Shown here one piece after another: positions 25,484 to 38,810 of a stretch of 55,104 bases of DNA. This stretch comes from Perkinsus olseni (taxonomy: Eukaryota). Under the pieces are notes generated by a model that worked only from the letters and a program-made list of their open reading frames with translations, searched no databases and had not been told where the DNA came from. The DNA is taken from NCBI GenBank assembly GCA_013115125.1, contig JABANN010000189.1, positions 1-55,104 on the forward strand, read 5' to 3'. The position numbers were made by a program, and so were the translations under genes. Each line of letters opens with the position of its first letter. Positions within the stretch are counted from its first letter, which is position 1.

Positions 25484-28400
25484 CTACTCTTGCTGACAGG
25501 CTGATGATGATAATGACAACTCCTCTCCGTTGATGATGGACGATACCATCTTGTCGAATTCATCGGCTGTCGGTTGACGATCCCAGGCCCCCTCTCCGCC
25601 GGCGGTGATCGCCGTGGAATCATTTTCCTCACCCCCCTCGCCACCATCAGCAGCATTCGATGATGAGCCCTCCTCTTCAACACCCCAGACCTCCTCAATC
25701 TCCTTATCAATATCGGGGATATCTTTCACTCGCGGAGGGATATGATCAACCTCCGCCATATCATCATCGCACGCCTCCGTCTTCACCTCCGCCTTCACTG
25801 CATCATCATCATCATCATCATCATACTCCTTAAGGGAGATGTCGGCCTCCAACTCGATAAGTGGAGGCCTCTCGTCAACTGTATACCCCACAGCCGACCT
25901 GCAACAGCAGATGATGGACAACAGGCCACCCCTAGGCTTCCTTACCTCTCACGATGGGAGTTGGTCCGTAGATGCTGTCTGATCTCCCACGGTGATGCCA
26001 GAGTGACGTTACAACGACAGCCTAAAGACGCCACGGCGAGTGTAAGACGGCAGAATTCGACAACTCGACGATAGAAAACAGTCCGGCTCGAAGAGAAGAC
26101 GACTTGCGAGAATGGGGCTGCTATGCCACGTGGTGGCGCGAGAACGGCGGACGTCGAACTATGATATTATAATAATAAGGTCACTATGCCATCGCGTGGT
26201 GGCGACGCGAGAACCTTGTCGAGCGTCTTTCGTCTTCTCTTACAATAGTTAGCTCCAGCTGCCTCGCCTTTGGTCAAGTAGGAGATATCCTCCGTCTTCA
26301 TATCATCCAACTTGGGCAGAGCGCATTCCTCTTTAGGAGAATCTTTAGCAGGGAAACTGAGAAAGAGCAAGATTTCACAAGATTGCAAGATTCCCCTCTT
26401 ACTGCCAACCAGCTTTGTAGTATAGTCGCGGATCCTGTCCGACTTGATAACACCAATCATGATACTCCAAGTTAGACTGAAAGGTGGAACTTGGCGAAGC
26501 AGAGAGCAGGAGGCCGCCGCCAAGACCCGGCCGATAGTCATATGAGACTCACCCGATGGGCGTTGATGCCGGTATGGAAGTGGACAGCTTCGGGCGACTT
26601 GAGATGGGCATCACAACAGGTGCACCAGAAACTGAAGAGAGGGGTTACGAGTGGCGATGGGCGTACTTCAGGGGAGGACATGAGGTAACAATTGAAACGA
26701 CTATTCCAACCACCGGGAGCGCGAGATCGCCTTTAGTACAATAACACGCGACCGCAGTGAGACTGTAACCTTGCTATGTTACCCAGGCCACGAAGGGAAG
26801 CCGGGATCATCACGTAATCTTCCAGCGGAATGTATTCCGACGACAACTTGAATGGTGATTTTGAGTGTCCGCCAAGTGGTAGTGAGCTGGTAAGGATCCC
26901 CTCCAGCGGCATTGATAATGACAACTCCCCTCCTCCCCTTACTGCCGCGGTCTGCCATTGGCACTCAGGGCCAGCTTTACTCGGTGCCCCTTGACCCTCG
27001 CAATCTCCCTGTTAAATGCCGTGACGATGCCGAACCGTTTCCGCAACTTCTCCCGTCTCGTCACGTGGGCCTGATGAAAACGTCCCCGCAAGACTGACGA
27101 CCAGACAACCCCATCATACCGGGTCAGCCCGATGATCATACTCGACCTTCCGCACCTCCTCTTGGTCTGAACAATCATAACATTACCAACTACTGCCGCC
27201 TCGAGGCCCCTACCCATGCCATCGGTGTCCATGAACAGGTTACAGACGTTACAGCGGACAGAGGTATCGAGGACACCTACAGAGTGGCAGCGATGATGAC
27301 CGACTACAGCACCAACAGAATGACAGATTTTCTATTAGGCGGTTTAGCCTTCTGCCAGCTCTACCGCATGATCTACCCTAATCAGCAGGAGGCGTCTTCC
27401 TAGGACGACGGAGAACGATAATTACACTAACAGTTTCAATTCGATCAGCATTGATGAGCTGGAGCTCTACACTCGACTTCACCCCGTCAAAACGGGGGGA
27501 ACGTCCGAGGTCATGTGGAACCGCAGGATACTCAGAATGAGACCGCGAAGCGGGCAATACCACACCACAGCGAACACGCCTATCAAACTAGCTCTTGCCC
27601 CCAGAGGTCCAACCAGCCTTACTTATCTCCTCCTCCGGCGGGTCCTCAACAAGTCGGCCGGCCAGCGTGACGCAGATTGGCTGGACGTCAGTCAACCAGC
27701 AGCCCGCTTCCTCCGACCACTCTCCAGCGTACTGCACACCCGGACGACCGTGGAATATCTCAGCCTCATGCCTACGTTGAGAAAAAGGAAGTGATAGCAA
27801 GAGAGCAAGATACAGACAACTCACAGTGGAGTGATCTTGGCCACCTTAGCCTTCATCCTCATCGGCCTATCAATCTCGTCCTCCCTCGGCCGTTTGTCGA
27901 CCCGCCACTGTCCTCGTCCTACATCCTCGTCTCGCTCCACCTCCCCTTCAGAATACCTCCGTCGACGAGTCGACTCACTGAACAGCGTCCGTATTGACCT
28001 CACGACAAGCCGATCAACTTACTGCCTTCGGATGGCGTCCGGGTTGGGACTAAGGCTAGTCCGACTACCACCGCGACTGGCCAGGAACTCCTCGGGTGTC
28101 CGACCGTAGGGGTGGATACTCCGATCGGTGTAGATCGCCTGGAGGAACTGGTAGGAGTTGGACGATGGCGGCGGCGAGGGGGAGTGGAGGGAGGAACTGA
28201 GGAGGAAGGAAGCTCGGCAGAGATTTCAAAGACATGCTGGAAGCTGGTCGGAGATCGACCATGACCACTGGAAGGGAGAACTCGGAAAGCGTGCGTGCCA
28301 TGCAGATCACAGGAGTATCTCCAATCGCGAAACATATCCTGCTATATGGTAGGAGGACCCTATGGCATCTCCTCCTCCCCCTCCTATATCTTCACAGCGA

Positions 28401-29334
28401 AAGATGATGAAAACTCAGCCATCTGCCAATCAACAGCCTACTCAGTCTAATGCGACAATGCTAATGCTCAGTCTAACTCGATACTACTGTAGCGTCGGCC
28501 GTCAACACCCGTACCAGCACCTACCCAAGCGGCTGCCGTTGGCTGGTGCAGCTGAGTCGACTCCCAGGTGGGGTATGAACTCCCCCGAGAGATTCAAAAT
28601 CGCAACTATCACTGCTGCTGCTGCTGCTGCTGCTGCTCGTCTCCGACCTAAAATGCCGACATTGCATACGAGGTGGTGCACCGATAGGATCTCCAAGTAA
28701 AAGCATTTACTGGAGGAGTCAAGCAACCGATCTCGGGTGCTCCGCTCCGCCTGCCGCCGGCCCAACTCAGCATGCTGGGCCGGCTAGGCTCGGCAATAGT
28801 CTACTCATGCATCGTCGACGAGGCCTCAGTCCCCCCCCCGCATTACTACCTCGAGATGGCGGGTGTCAGTCTGACTCTGGACAAGGACCTGACAAACGAC
28901 GGGACGAAGGAGTTCGCAACTGCCGCTAAATTCCAAGCGTTCCGAAGGAGATTCATCATTTGATAATACGCCACTACACGACTTCTCGATTCGGGATGCT
29001 GAGCCGAGATGGCCCTCGTGTTAGACCACACCCTGACCTACCTCGATTCGCTCGGCCGTGGTGTGAGGGATACTCTGAGCGCACCTTGAATGGTGACAAT
29101 ACTAATACTGTGAGGTCCCCTTCGCTTACCCATAGAGAAGTCCGTTGGAGGAGGGAAGGTGGGACGTGGTGGTCTGGAGGAGGTGGTGGTGGAGGCAACA
29201 GGATTGGTACCTGGATGAAGCGGAGGTGCTACTGCTGATGGATGACCAGGCCGGGATCCCGAACATGATTCTCAGAGCGACGGAGTACCTCCATGAACGC
29301 GCCATTCTGCCTCGAAGCGTCTATCATATGACAT
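25484..29334 (-). CDS. multi-exon hypothetical protein family A, copy 2
   Basis: Paralogous exons MSYDRRFEAEWRVHG|G, RPPRPTFPPP, SFPAKDSPKEECALPKLDDMKTEDISYLTKGEAAGANYC and CCCRSAVGYTVDERPPLIELEAD...SSSACQQE. Confidence 0.55.
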
Positions 29335-29473
29335 GACAAATTAAAACAGTAAATAAAAAAATTAATAATTAAAAAGGAAAATTACGGCCTTATCTCATTT
29401 GTAATTATTAATTTTATTTTCGCCATATAAAATTGAAGTGTAGCCATCTCGAGTTCTGAATTGTTGGGTTCAG

Positions 29474-30088
29474 TCAATGTCTGACAATCCTCAAGGGAGC
29501 GGAACACCTGCCGTTAATAGACGACACTCCTGACGATGGTCGATCCGACCGAATATGAGTTCCCCTCCCCGTCATCCTACTCATAATAGACCCCCGGCTC
29601 TCTGATGTCGGTGGTGATCTGCTGCCTTGATACGGGTCATCTTCATCACTACTGCTGTCGAACCCTCCATCACCACCAACAGCCACCATAGCTTCCCTAT
29701 GGTCCCGGGTCTGCACATGCTGTCGCGCGGCCCATATACTGGGCAACGACTCGAGACAGGCAGGGCAGTAGTAGCCGTCCCCCAGCGGACCTTATCGATA
29801 CGTCACAACACCGAGGAACGCCCTGTGACTTACGTATTTGTAGGCCTTCCCGGACCAGAGCATCTTCAGTACCTGAATGTATGGTCCCAGAAAGCGAGGA
29901 GGTAAGAGACCCTTACCATCCTCTCCCGCCTCATCAATCCTGTCCATCGGCCTCGTGTAGATCTGATCGTCGTGCAGGTCTACACGGGAGGCCGACACCT
30001 CGATGTCGAAGACGGTGGAGGGTAGGGACCCGGCAGTGCTCGGCATGAGCGTGCTAGAAGTGGTGGGACGACCCGCAGCCGCTGCCAT
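29474..30088 (-). CDS. multi-exon hypothetical protein family B, copy 2
   Basis: MAAAAGRPTTSSTLMPSTAGSLPSTVFDIEVSASRVDLHDDQIYT; PSIWAARQHVQTRDHREA shared with copy 1. Confidence 0.6.
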
Positions 30089-31399
30089 TACGTTAAAAAC
30101 TACAACCGCTACTAGGATGAGGCGGTGGTGTGGTACGGAGTAGAGAGCGATAAAATGGCACGGAGACCGGAGTTCCCGGCCGACGCATCCCAACTAAGCA
30201 TTGAACACCTGAACTCAACGCGTAGTCGTAGTGAAATTCATTTCCAGTCATTCATGCCAACGTAACAATACTTAAACTACGAGGCATCATGATAGTTTTT
30301 GAATGCTTCGCATCACACTTTCGGTTGAACGGAGATGTAGGAATACCCCTCACCCTTCACGACGTGATCTGTCAGCATAAACTCGCTGAAGTCAATTGAA
30401 TTCGATTCGCGCTCACCAAAGGTTACATTCAACAGGGAAGACAAGACAGCCGCGAGAACCTACGAGTCCGCCTGATATTGAAAGTTCAACGCCTTTCAGT
30501 CAGCGTGTAAAATCCTTTCTCGACCAGCATCGGGTAGGCTTCCCAAGAGCACTAGTACCGGTCATACCGTTCCTCCAGCAATTCCCGCCCCATCCGGGAA
30601 GCGAAGAACTTACCGACTTAGCGAAGAACCTAGCATCCCTCAAGAGCTGCACTCCTGTGACGAAGGTGAGCAACAACGCTATCATCCCCCTAACGACAAC
30701 CATTCACCAACTGGTCCCTCGCAGAAGCGTCTGAGTGAGTCCACTACGAAGAAATCAAAGCGCAATTTTGTGCTCGAAGAGACACAGGGGAGATCCAGGT
30801 TACTGCCTGGGATGACCTGTAGGAGTGCCATTCATGAGGAAGATTTCCGTGCGAGTTTTTAGCCTGCTGAAACCACCATGTACATCAATCAACACATTCA
30901 AGCAATTCTAGATACCCTACATAAACATGCAACAAAGAACTACAGGACGAGATGAAACTTCACTGAGCAAAGACCATTCACTGAGCTCAGAAGCCAGACG
31001 GCTATAAACAGAAGGCGTGATGGCGCCAAATGGTCAGCGAGAGTCCGTGCCGCGGCCAAGATTGGCTAGAAGAAGAAGAAGAAGATTACATTGAGGGCAG
31101 CATAGTGACCATGGGAATAATAAGGATGCGAGTAACGCTACCTTCAATTTGAAGGGTAAGATTCGCTTGAAGCGAATCTTACTCAGACCTCTTGACTGCG
31201 AATTGATTCCGGAGATCTCGGCGCAACATCCAGTAGTAGCCCTGAGAACGGCAAGCTCGGCCACTAAAGGGTTCCCAAAAATGCTCGTCGTGTAAGCCAC
31301 AGTATCGTCATTCGCCGGCGGCAGTCTCAGAATCGGAGCAGACACTCTGATGTAGCTGATCAGGAGACCTACAACCATATCTCATTGCCACCTCAACTT

Positions 31400-34300
31400 C
31401 TCGATATAACCCTACTAAGGCTTCCCGACAACCACACGCGCTCATACCAACTCTTACTGAACGGGCAGAAGTATAACTGAAAAGGCAGCGTGCTAGCAGT
31501 ATACCATTACGACCCATTGACTCAACCCAACCCCCAAAGTGCTTCCAAAAGTCCATTCTCTTCCCTTGCATGAAGTCGTGGTGGAGAGCTAGGCCAAAGG
31601 CCTACTCGTTGTGGATCTCACGACAGATCTCTCGTTGTGGATCTCAGGTTGTAGCGAGCGGCGATATTAAAACAGCTCATTATTGTATGACGATCCCCAT
31701 ACAGCAGTTATCAGGTAGAACATGATCACAACGGAGCCACCGCAAAAACTGTAACTCCCCATCAACAGCTGTATCAACTCAGTGGCAGCCGCAGGCGCGC
31801 GCATACCCCTAACAAATAGCAGTTCCCTCTCACTTCTCAACGCCCTGTGCTGGGCCTCCGAGATCGTAGTGGTACCACTGCGCCCGGAGAAGTAGCGGCC
31901 GTCATCATAGTGGGAGGACTAGAAGAGCCGAAAGCGATGGTGGTAAAGCTCCTAATCCCGCAGACCGGACCCGACTATTGTACCAACAGCATCAGCAAAC
32001 TATCGAGTATTCGCTTACAGTCACCGCTGAAGGGCATGGGGGCACCAGCGTTCTCACGATTCGGCCAACTCGGGTGCACGCAGCCCCCCTCGTCCTGAAT
32101 GAATTTTTTTGCGCAATTTATTTGTGCTCTAGCATGGAATACACGTTTGTTGCTACTAGCAACTTGCTAGTCAAAGAAATTTTATGGTACTATCGTCAAT
32201 GATGATTCGCCATACTCTACTGGACCTTCGCAACGAAGAAGCGGAGCTCGACGCAAACTTCCCGGGTTCGAACCCCGGCACGGCCCTTTCTTACGTATTT
32301 TTCGGGCCATCTACCATGGCGCATGACCATCTTTCGCTGTAAGAATGAGGGTGGAAGCGGTTCCATATTTTCAGACACAGACCCGAGCTTCCGAGTGGTA
32401 TATGTCTCGCGAGTCCAATCATCGTAGTCATGGAGAAATAATTTGAACGAACGAATGCACAAAAAAGCGCAGAAGTGACGGTATATGCTCCGCTCGCTTC
32501 GCAATTCAGCGATCCATGTATCATCCTGTGTAACCATAGATTTATCCGGTCCGCCATCCGCCACCTATAAAGCTTCCCCTCGAGAATAATTTTTCTCCAA
32601 TATATTCTCAACAAGGGTTGTAGGCTCATTCCTAGGACCCCTTCTCCGATACATACCAACTTTCCTACAACTCGCCCGATCAACGCATATTGATGATGTA
32701 CATACCCTGGATCGTTGTTTGGAAAATTCCCTTGATGTGATGTAACCTAACTTCATACTCCAGACGACCGTTCAGAAATACCTCAAAGCTGAGAGTCTTT
32801 CCAGCGAGTAAGTGTATCATTCGGAAACACATCGTAAGAACCCTTGATATTGTGAGGGCGGCGCAAGTACAGTTCCTGCGACCTGCGACCTCACGGATGA
32901 AAAACAACAATACCCGACCATTCCCTCTTCCCATCATGCCGCTTACTATGTTCTCCTATTACTAGTAGTAGATTCTGCGACTATGTATCATGTAGTACAT
33001 TACTATAGCGCAATAAGGGCTTAATTCCCGAGTGATGGGCCGTCATACCGCTGGAGGCTCATCACCTGCTGCGTCATGGACAAGGCACACTCAAGCGACA
33101 ACCAATAGACCTTCCGCAAGGAGTCGTATCCCCAGAGCAGCAGATACCTCTTCACAGCACAGTACAAAAAACTTCCACCGCGCGCAGACAAAAACATTAC
33201 TGTCTTCTCGTATTACCTTCTCTCCGCGCCCTCCTACCTGCAAATTCTACCTTCCAAAGACTTGCGATCGATTATCCAGCGGGCCATTTGGTAACTACGT
33301 GATTTCACATAGGGACATATCCACCAAGAGGCCTCTCAACTGATGAAATGTTATGTTCGTCAGACATAAGTACGATTCATTACTACGAGTACGTCAAGAG
33401 TTATCAGGAAATCTGACACTATTACGACTCTCAGGATAAAACGCAGATCTGGGATCATTCCAAGTAAAAAAAAGAAGAAATGTGAACTACCACAACTACA
33501 TGAAAATATAACCACTAGATTCTAGGGAGATCTCAGGATGCTCTCTTCACATTCTCCGCCGAAAAGTCGCGCCGCTCAACCAACCAACCTCGATAGTATG
33601 ACACTCGATCGTTCGTCGTCTACTCCGATACTTCGATATTCGACAGTCAGCCTCCTGCTGGGCAACAACGACATATGCAATACAACATTGCATGCGACAG
33701 CGTCCACTGCGATGTAAACCCAGGTCCGCCAACTTCAAGGAACTGCTGCTATTCTCGCGTTTACAACAATAAGCCACAGCAAAATCGTGCCACAGTTGAA
33801 GTTCACTGACGTAATACACGTACAGGGAGAGGTCCTTCGAGCCCATTCTGCATACAGATGACCTACTCCTGCTTAAGACACCCTCAACGTTGCAACAACC
33901 GTGAGGCGGTCGATGCCCCCTGCTAAGACCCTTACCACGGTTAATACGAGCCGCGCCGTTATGAGCACTACCGATCATTCATAAGTTCACTGCTTCGCTT
34001 CGCTCAACATGAGATAATATAAACCCATATAAACCGTCACCCGTATGAGATAATATAAACCTCGGCGTACTGCTATGGCCGTTCGCCTCTCTGGAGTAGC
34101 CGCTCTGCCACTCAGACATCATCTCGCGGAACTCAAGGAAAAGAGCACCTCCAGAGCCCCTCATATATTTTCATATTCCATAGCCTAACATTGAAGAGAG
34201 CGAAATGCTTTCATTCACCATCTTTCCCAATCTAAGATGCGTGACTGGGGAGGACTTCTTGCGCGATCATCACACGACGCACAATCGCGACATAGTCTAA

Positions 34301-34900
34301 CAGCGGCGTCGTACGAGAAAGGCAAACAGAAATCTACTTACATACTCACCTGACGACTAGTCATTGACGAACGTTTACATAGACCTTTATTCCGCTTAAT
34401 ACCACGCCACCGGTCGTCGAAAGAGTTCCGATCACAAGCCCTTTCGAATGTTCCCTCGACTACCATCCACATTACATCTGCACATCATGTTCTCATGCCG
34501 CATTTCACCGACTACAAGCTCCGCCATATAAAAAGCTTCCGTCCAGAACAGAGTCCCAGTCCTTCCGGTCCCTCCAAGCTTGGTGGCCAGCCTGCGTTAT
34601 TAGTGGCCTCACCATGGGCGGCGTTATGAGCCTAATCGATATGAACAGTAGTTGCGTCACGCTTTTGGCTCACTGATTTTTCACCACTTCCTTACCGTGG
34701 TGGGCAGGCAACCGTACAAAGCTGTGAAATACTCCCGCACCCTCTCGACGTACGGAGACCATCCTATCGCAAGTCCCGCCGAGTATATGCCCACAAGATT
34801 TGCCAAGACCGCTGTACTGGCAATGACGAATAACATTACATCAGAGACGCATCGCGAGGGACTCGTCCACTCCTAAATGCAAGGAGCAGACGTGCACAAA
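31400..34900 (+). mobile_element. decayed Ty3/gypsy-like pol (RT-RNaseH-integrase) remnant, apparently interrupted at ~32.1-33.0 kb
   Basis: Motifs appear in canonical order: RQPHALIP...LRPIDS (~31425-31525), LVVDLR (31631-31648), LPQG (33111-33122), KFYLPKTC...YVISHRDIST (~33242-33325), YDTRSFVVYSDTS (33597-33635) and a possible GPY/F-like segment (~34750-34820). Many stops. Confidence 0.5.
32250..32290 (+). other. intergenic tRNA 3'-end fragment
   Basis: ccggg-TTCGAAC-cccgg-cacggccc-ttt with a perfect T-stem; no recognisable D or anticodon arm. Confidence 0.65.
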
Positions 34901-36389
34901 CACGGGAGTATTACCTCACCAACGCGACACTCGAGGGGCCTCCACTCGGTCAAGATAAATGCCATGCAATCAAAGAACATGAGTGGTGTATCACGAATTG
35001 AGTTTCTCGAGTGTCAGGTTGGATAACTTAACAAGAGTCGTTTACACTGGTCCCTTCAGTTACAACTACAGTAATAACATCAATACGTGAGCTGGGCACG
35101 AGTGGAATCATGTAGTGACACAGACTTTGTCACACAGTCAATAGTGTGCAATATTTCCTCACATCAAAGCGCTATAGCGTGAGAGCACGAGACCATATTT
35201 TGTTCGGCATGGGAATTTCATTCTTAAAGTCAATAGTAGGAACATATCCTCTATTCATTGGACCACCATTAATCAGGGCAACTACTCCAACACAACACAA
35301 GTGCCGTTAGAGAAACTTCATAACGTCTAGGGCACATATTCATGCCTTCTAGAAGTCTGAGACATCCAGTGGCTGATGCACAACATGTGCGAAGTCCTCG
35401 GGGATCAGATTCACGAATCAGCTTCGTCGAACACATACCGATGCCACATATCGGCGAAGACTGCAGCACAGGCCAGCGCCGAGTATTTTGTTCAGTGATA
35501 TATGAAGGCACTTTTTTCATTCACAATTTTAAGTCGTATTGCATCCTGTCATGATTCACGCCTATGAGCCTACACCGTCGCAAGCGAGCAGCACAGCAAC
35601 GTAATAACTTAGAGCTCATCTCTCCATTTGCCTACAGCAGATGAAAAATGCAACCACAGGACGAGCTTACTAATGCAGCTACTTTTACAAGGACAAGTAC
35701 CCCCAGAAACTACCATCCATCCAGGGCTTCTCTTATGAGCAGCCGGCGACAGGAAGAGCTTTGAAGACCACTACTGTGTGGTCTTGGCGTGAGAGCCGTC
35801 GGCGCCCTTTATGCGAAGAACCGCGGCGACAACCAGGTACAGCAAAATGCAGAAGGGAAGCCTCTATCGAAGCTTCTCATATTTTCACGTAGCAATGTCT
35901 AATGACAGTCTACAATATACACAGCATGAGCAAGCTTGTAGCATCACGCAACTACGAAACATGATACCTCGACATCTAAAACGATCACCAAATTTCGGAG
36001 CCTCAAAGCCCTCTCACCACGCGACGAAATACCACCGTTTCCCTCTCCGGCCTTGGTGCGGAGGAGGGTACACGTCAGGAAGGTACACGTCACTCAGACA
36101 GAACGGGGCCCGCCGAACCCATTCTCTGGTGGCTATCAGAGCGGCGGTGTTGGCAACAGATAATAGACCCTTGTCATACCGCTTCACTACTCCAGCACAG
36201 CACGAGCCGCTCGAATTCCGCATCTTGCTTTTCGCTCGCCCCTAATCCGCGACCGCGGCAGCCCCATCTGCGACCGCGACATAATCTCGTTCACCCACCG
36301 AACTCTCTTCAGTCTCAAGTTGCGATATCATATAGCCAAGCTCCCGTATATGCTCCGAATTTCAGCGTTCCATATTACTACCCTCCCAA

Positions 36390-36938
36390 ATGACTACCAC
36401 CATCTTCCTCATCGCTCTTGCCAGCGGCGTGGTTGGCAGCATCTTCGACGGCTACACATTGCCTGGAGATGAGCAGTACTGGAGGCTCCGTGGTGACTCT
36501 ACTGTGCCGGTCCCCACTAGCACTACCTCCACCACCGCCACCCCTGCGACCTCTACAGAGTCGGCCCTCGACCAGTTACTCAGCTCCCTGGTCATTCCGG
36601 AATATCGACATGTTCCCACCACGGCCGAGCCTCTGTCCATCGAGGAGCAGCTCAGGAGGTTGGAGATACCTTATTATGGTATCCCCACAGCAGCTCCTAG
36701 TACCACTACCCCTGCCCCGCCGGCGACTACATCCAAGTTGGCGATACAGCAGCTGCTCGAGATGACCATTCCTCTCGAAGAAGGTTTCTCTCCGACGACC
36801 GCTGTCGAGACGAGTGCTCCTCCTCCTCCTCCTCCTCCTGCGGGCAATCTCCGGGGTGGCGAGCTGACAAGCTACAGCGAAGCGGTGGCACCGGTCAGCT
36901 GGTGTGCAGTGGTGGCGATGATGGTGACGTTGGCATGA
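36390..36938 (+). CDS. Thr/Pro-rich mucin-like secreted, probably membrane- or GPI-anchored protein
   Basis: Signal peptide MTTTIFLIALASGVVG; three repeats of (A/S)(L/I)xQ..L...IP separated by Thr/Pro linkers; hydrophobic C-terminus WCAVVAMMVTLA. Confidence 0.8.
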   Translation: MTTTIFLIALASGVVGSIFDGYTLPGDEQYWRLRGDSTVPVPTSTTSTTATPATSTESALDQLLSSLVIPEYRHVPTTAEPLSIEEQLRRLEIPYYGIPTAAPSTTTPAPPATTSKLAIQQLLEMTIPLEEGFSPTTAVETSAPPPPPPPAGNLRGGELTSYSEAVAPVSWCAVVAMMVTLA

Positions 36939-37249
36939 GGGCGACGGGAAGGGGTACGGCCGGCAAGCCCACGAGCCTACCGGCGTCTATAATATTGTTA
37001 ATTAACTATGAATGATTGAACGTTATTTGATGACATTATTTGCACTGTCCAAATAACAAAACCGCTGTTGAGTTACAGTCAAACAGAAGGGTAGGAGTAC
37101 CTGACATGAGACCTAAGGAATCATTGACGCGCTTAAGCGTAAAGTTCGCGCCGTGAACGCCGTGAGCGAACATCATCTAAAAGAACGAATAGCATTCAAC
37201 GTTACTCTCGGCATTACTGGGCTCCTGACAGCCCGCTCCGTAACTAACC

Positions 37250-37600
37250 CGGGAGGCTGTCTCTGCACGAGGACCTAATAAACGACCAGGCTAAGCACTT
37301 CGCTTCTTCCGCTGAACCACCAGCGTTCCGGAGGAGATTCATCAACCACTACTTCGTCACTTCTCGAATCGATTCCGGGTGGTGAGTCGGGGTTTTTAAG
37401 GAGACCCCTATTATAGGGGCCCTATATGTACCGCACCCAACCCTACCTCGAATCGCCTGGCCCTGGGGTGAGGAATACCACGCCCTACCCATAAAGTAGT
37501 CCGGTGGAGGAGGGAAGGTGGGACGTGGTGGTCTGGAGGAGGTTGTCGAGCCAACGGGATTGGCACCTGGGCAAAGCAGAGGTACTCTAATACGGTTCGA
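37250..37600 (-). pseudogene. third, more diverged fragment of family A 5' exons
   Basis: GANPVGSTTSSRPPRPTFPPPPDYFM|gt and LMNLLRNA match copies 1 and 2; the downstream exons were not seen. Confidence 0.55.
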
Positions 37601-38810
37601 AGACCACGCCCCCATCCCGAACGGTCAAAGTATCTGGATCGACTCCATCACGCGGTGCTTGACAGAGAACCTCCGTAAAGCAGCGGAAACTTTCAGGATT
37701 TGAATATGCGTATCTTGCGTGATGGTGGGCGGGCGCTGCCTTCAAGGACGCTGCGCCCGCCCAGGGAACGGTCAATGAGGATTGCATAAGTTTCAGCACT
37801 GTTATTGGAAGGTTTTGTCGTTGATAATGTCCTCCTTGTACTTGAAGGGAGGGCCCTTGACCTCCACTCTGTTACGTCGATCCTTGATGGCATCATCAAC
37901 TGCTGCTGGATCGCACATCTTGAGGTAAGCTACCACCGTAATGGTAGTAGTGGGTAGGGGAATCTTACCGCACTGCGAAGGATATCATTAATAAGGCGCG
38001 TTGAAATATGAATGGGAGGCGTTAGCTCGTGTAGTAGATAGACCTATGAACGGCGGGAAGTGGGAGTAGTCATCTTCGTTTCAGCGTTGCAAGGTCCTCT
38101 AAGAGGATGTTCAGCAGCAGCACCTCCTCGCCCTACGGAAGTGCTAAGCCTACGCCTACTAGTGGTAATAATGAGGGAAGGTGAAGGGCTCCTAGCGTAG
38201 GGTACATAACTATAGGTAGGATTCCATCGGGTATTCGTATGACAATATTATAGGTCAATGATGATAGCCATCAGCATTCGATTATTAGCATCTTATTGGT
38301 GATAATGAAGGAATAGTCATAGCTACTTCCGTATGTGCAATAACCCTTGTACTTGTATACATCTACAAGTACTGTATATGTAGATAAGTCATGTGTGTGC
38401 AAGCACGTACATGTAATAGTACGACGGGCGGCTAGGCGTACATCATGAAGTAGTCCGATCGGTCGGTTGTATGTTATTCTGTATGAAGTAGTAGTATTGG
38501 ATTATCATTTTGCATCATCACGTAATTTCGTGAATCCATGATGAGCTTCACATGATCCGTTATAAACATTCATGATGGTCTCATCATCAAGGGGAAATTG
38601 TTGATGTACTCCACCCATCACGCGGCATCTCCAAGTCCACGCCTCTCGTATATCTCAGAGATGCAGTACCACACATCTCTATTAGAGATTCTCTAACATC
38701 TAGATCACATAAGGGATGAAGCCGGAATTGTAGTGCTATCACCTCGACCTTGACGATTCGAGAACCAAAAATACCACCTTCTTCAGTCATATGCCCATTT
38801 CAATTGTGTA

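Larger units (their letters stand above)
25300..35300. repeat. tandem segmental duplication, unit 2
   Basis: Same gene order as unit 1. Shared terminal block ccaccattaatcagggcaacta at ~25103 and ~35263. Confidence 0.85.

Noticed and set aside
29439-29452. Spliced-leader-like gtagccatct (also at ~20087)
   Set aside because: Only ~10 nt match and it lacks the ...GGCTCAAG end of the Perkinsus/dinoflagellate leader.
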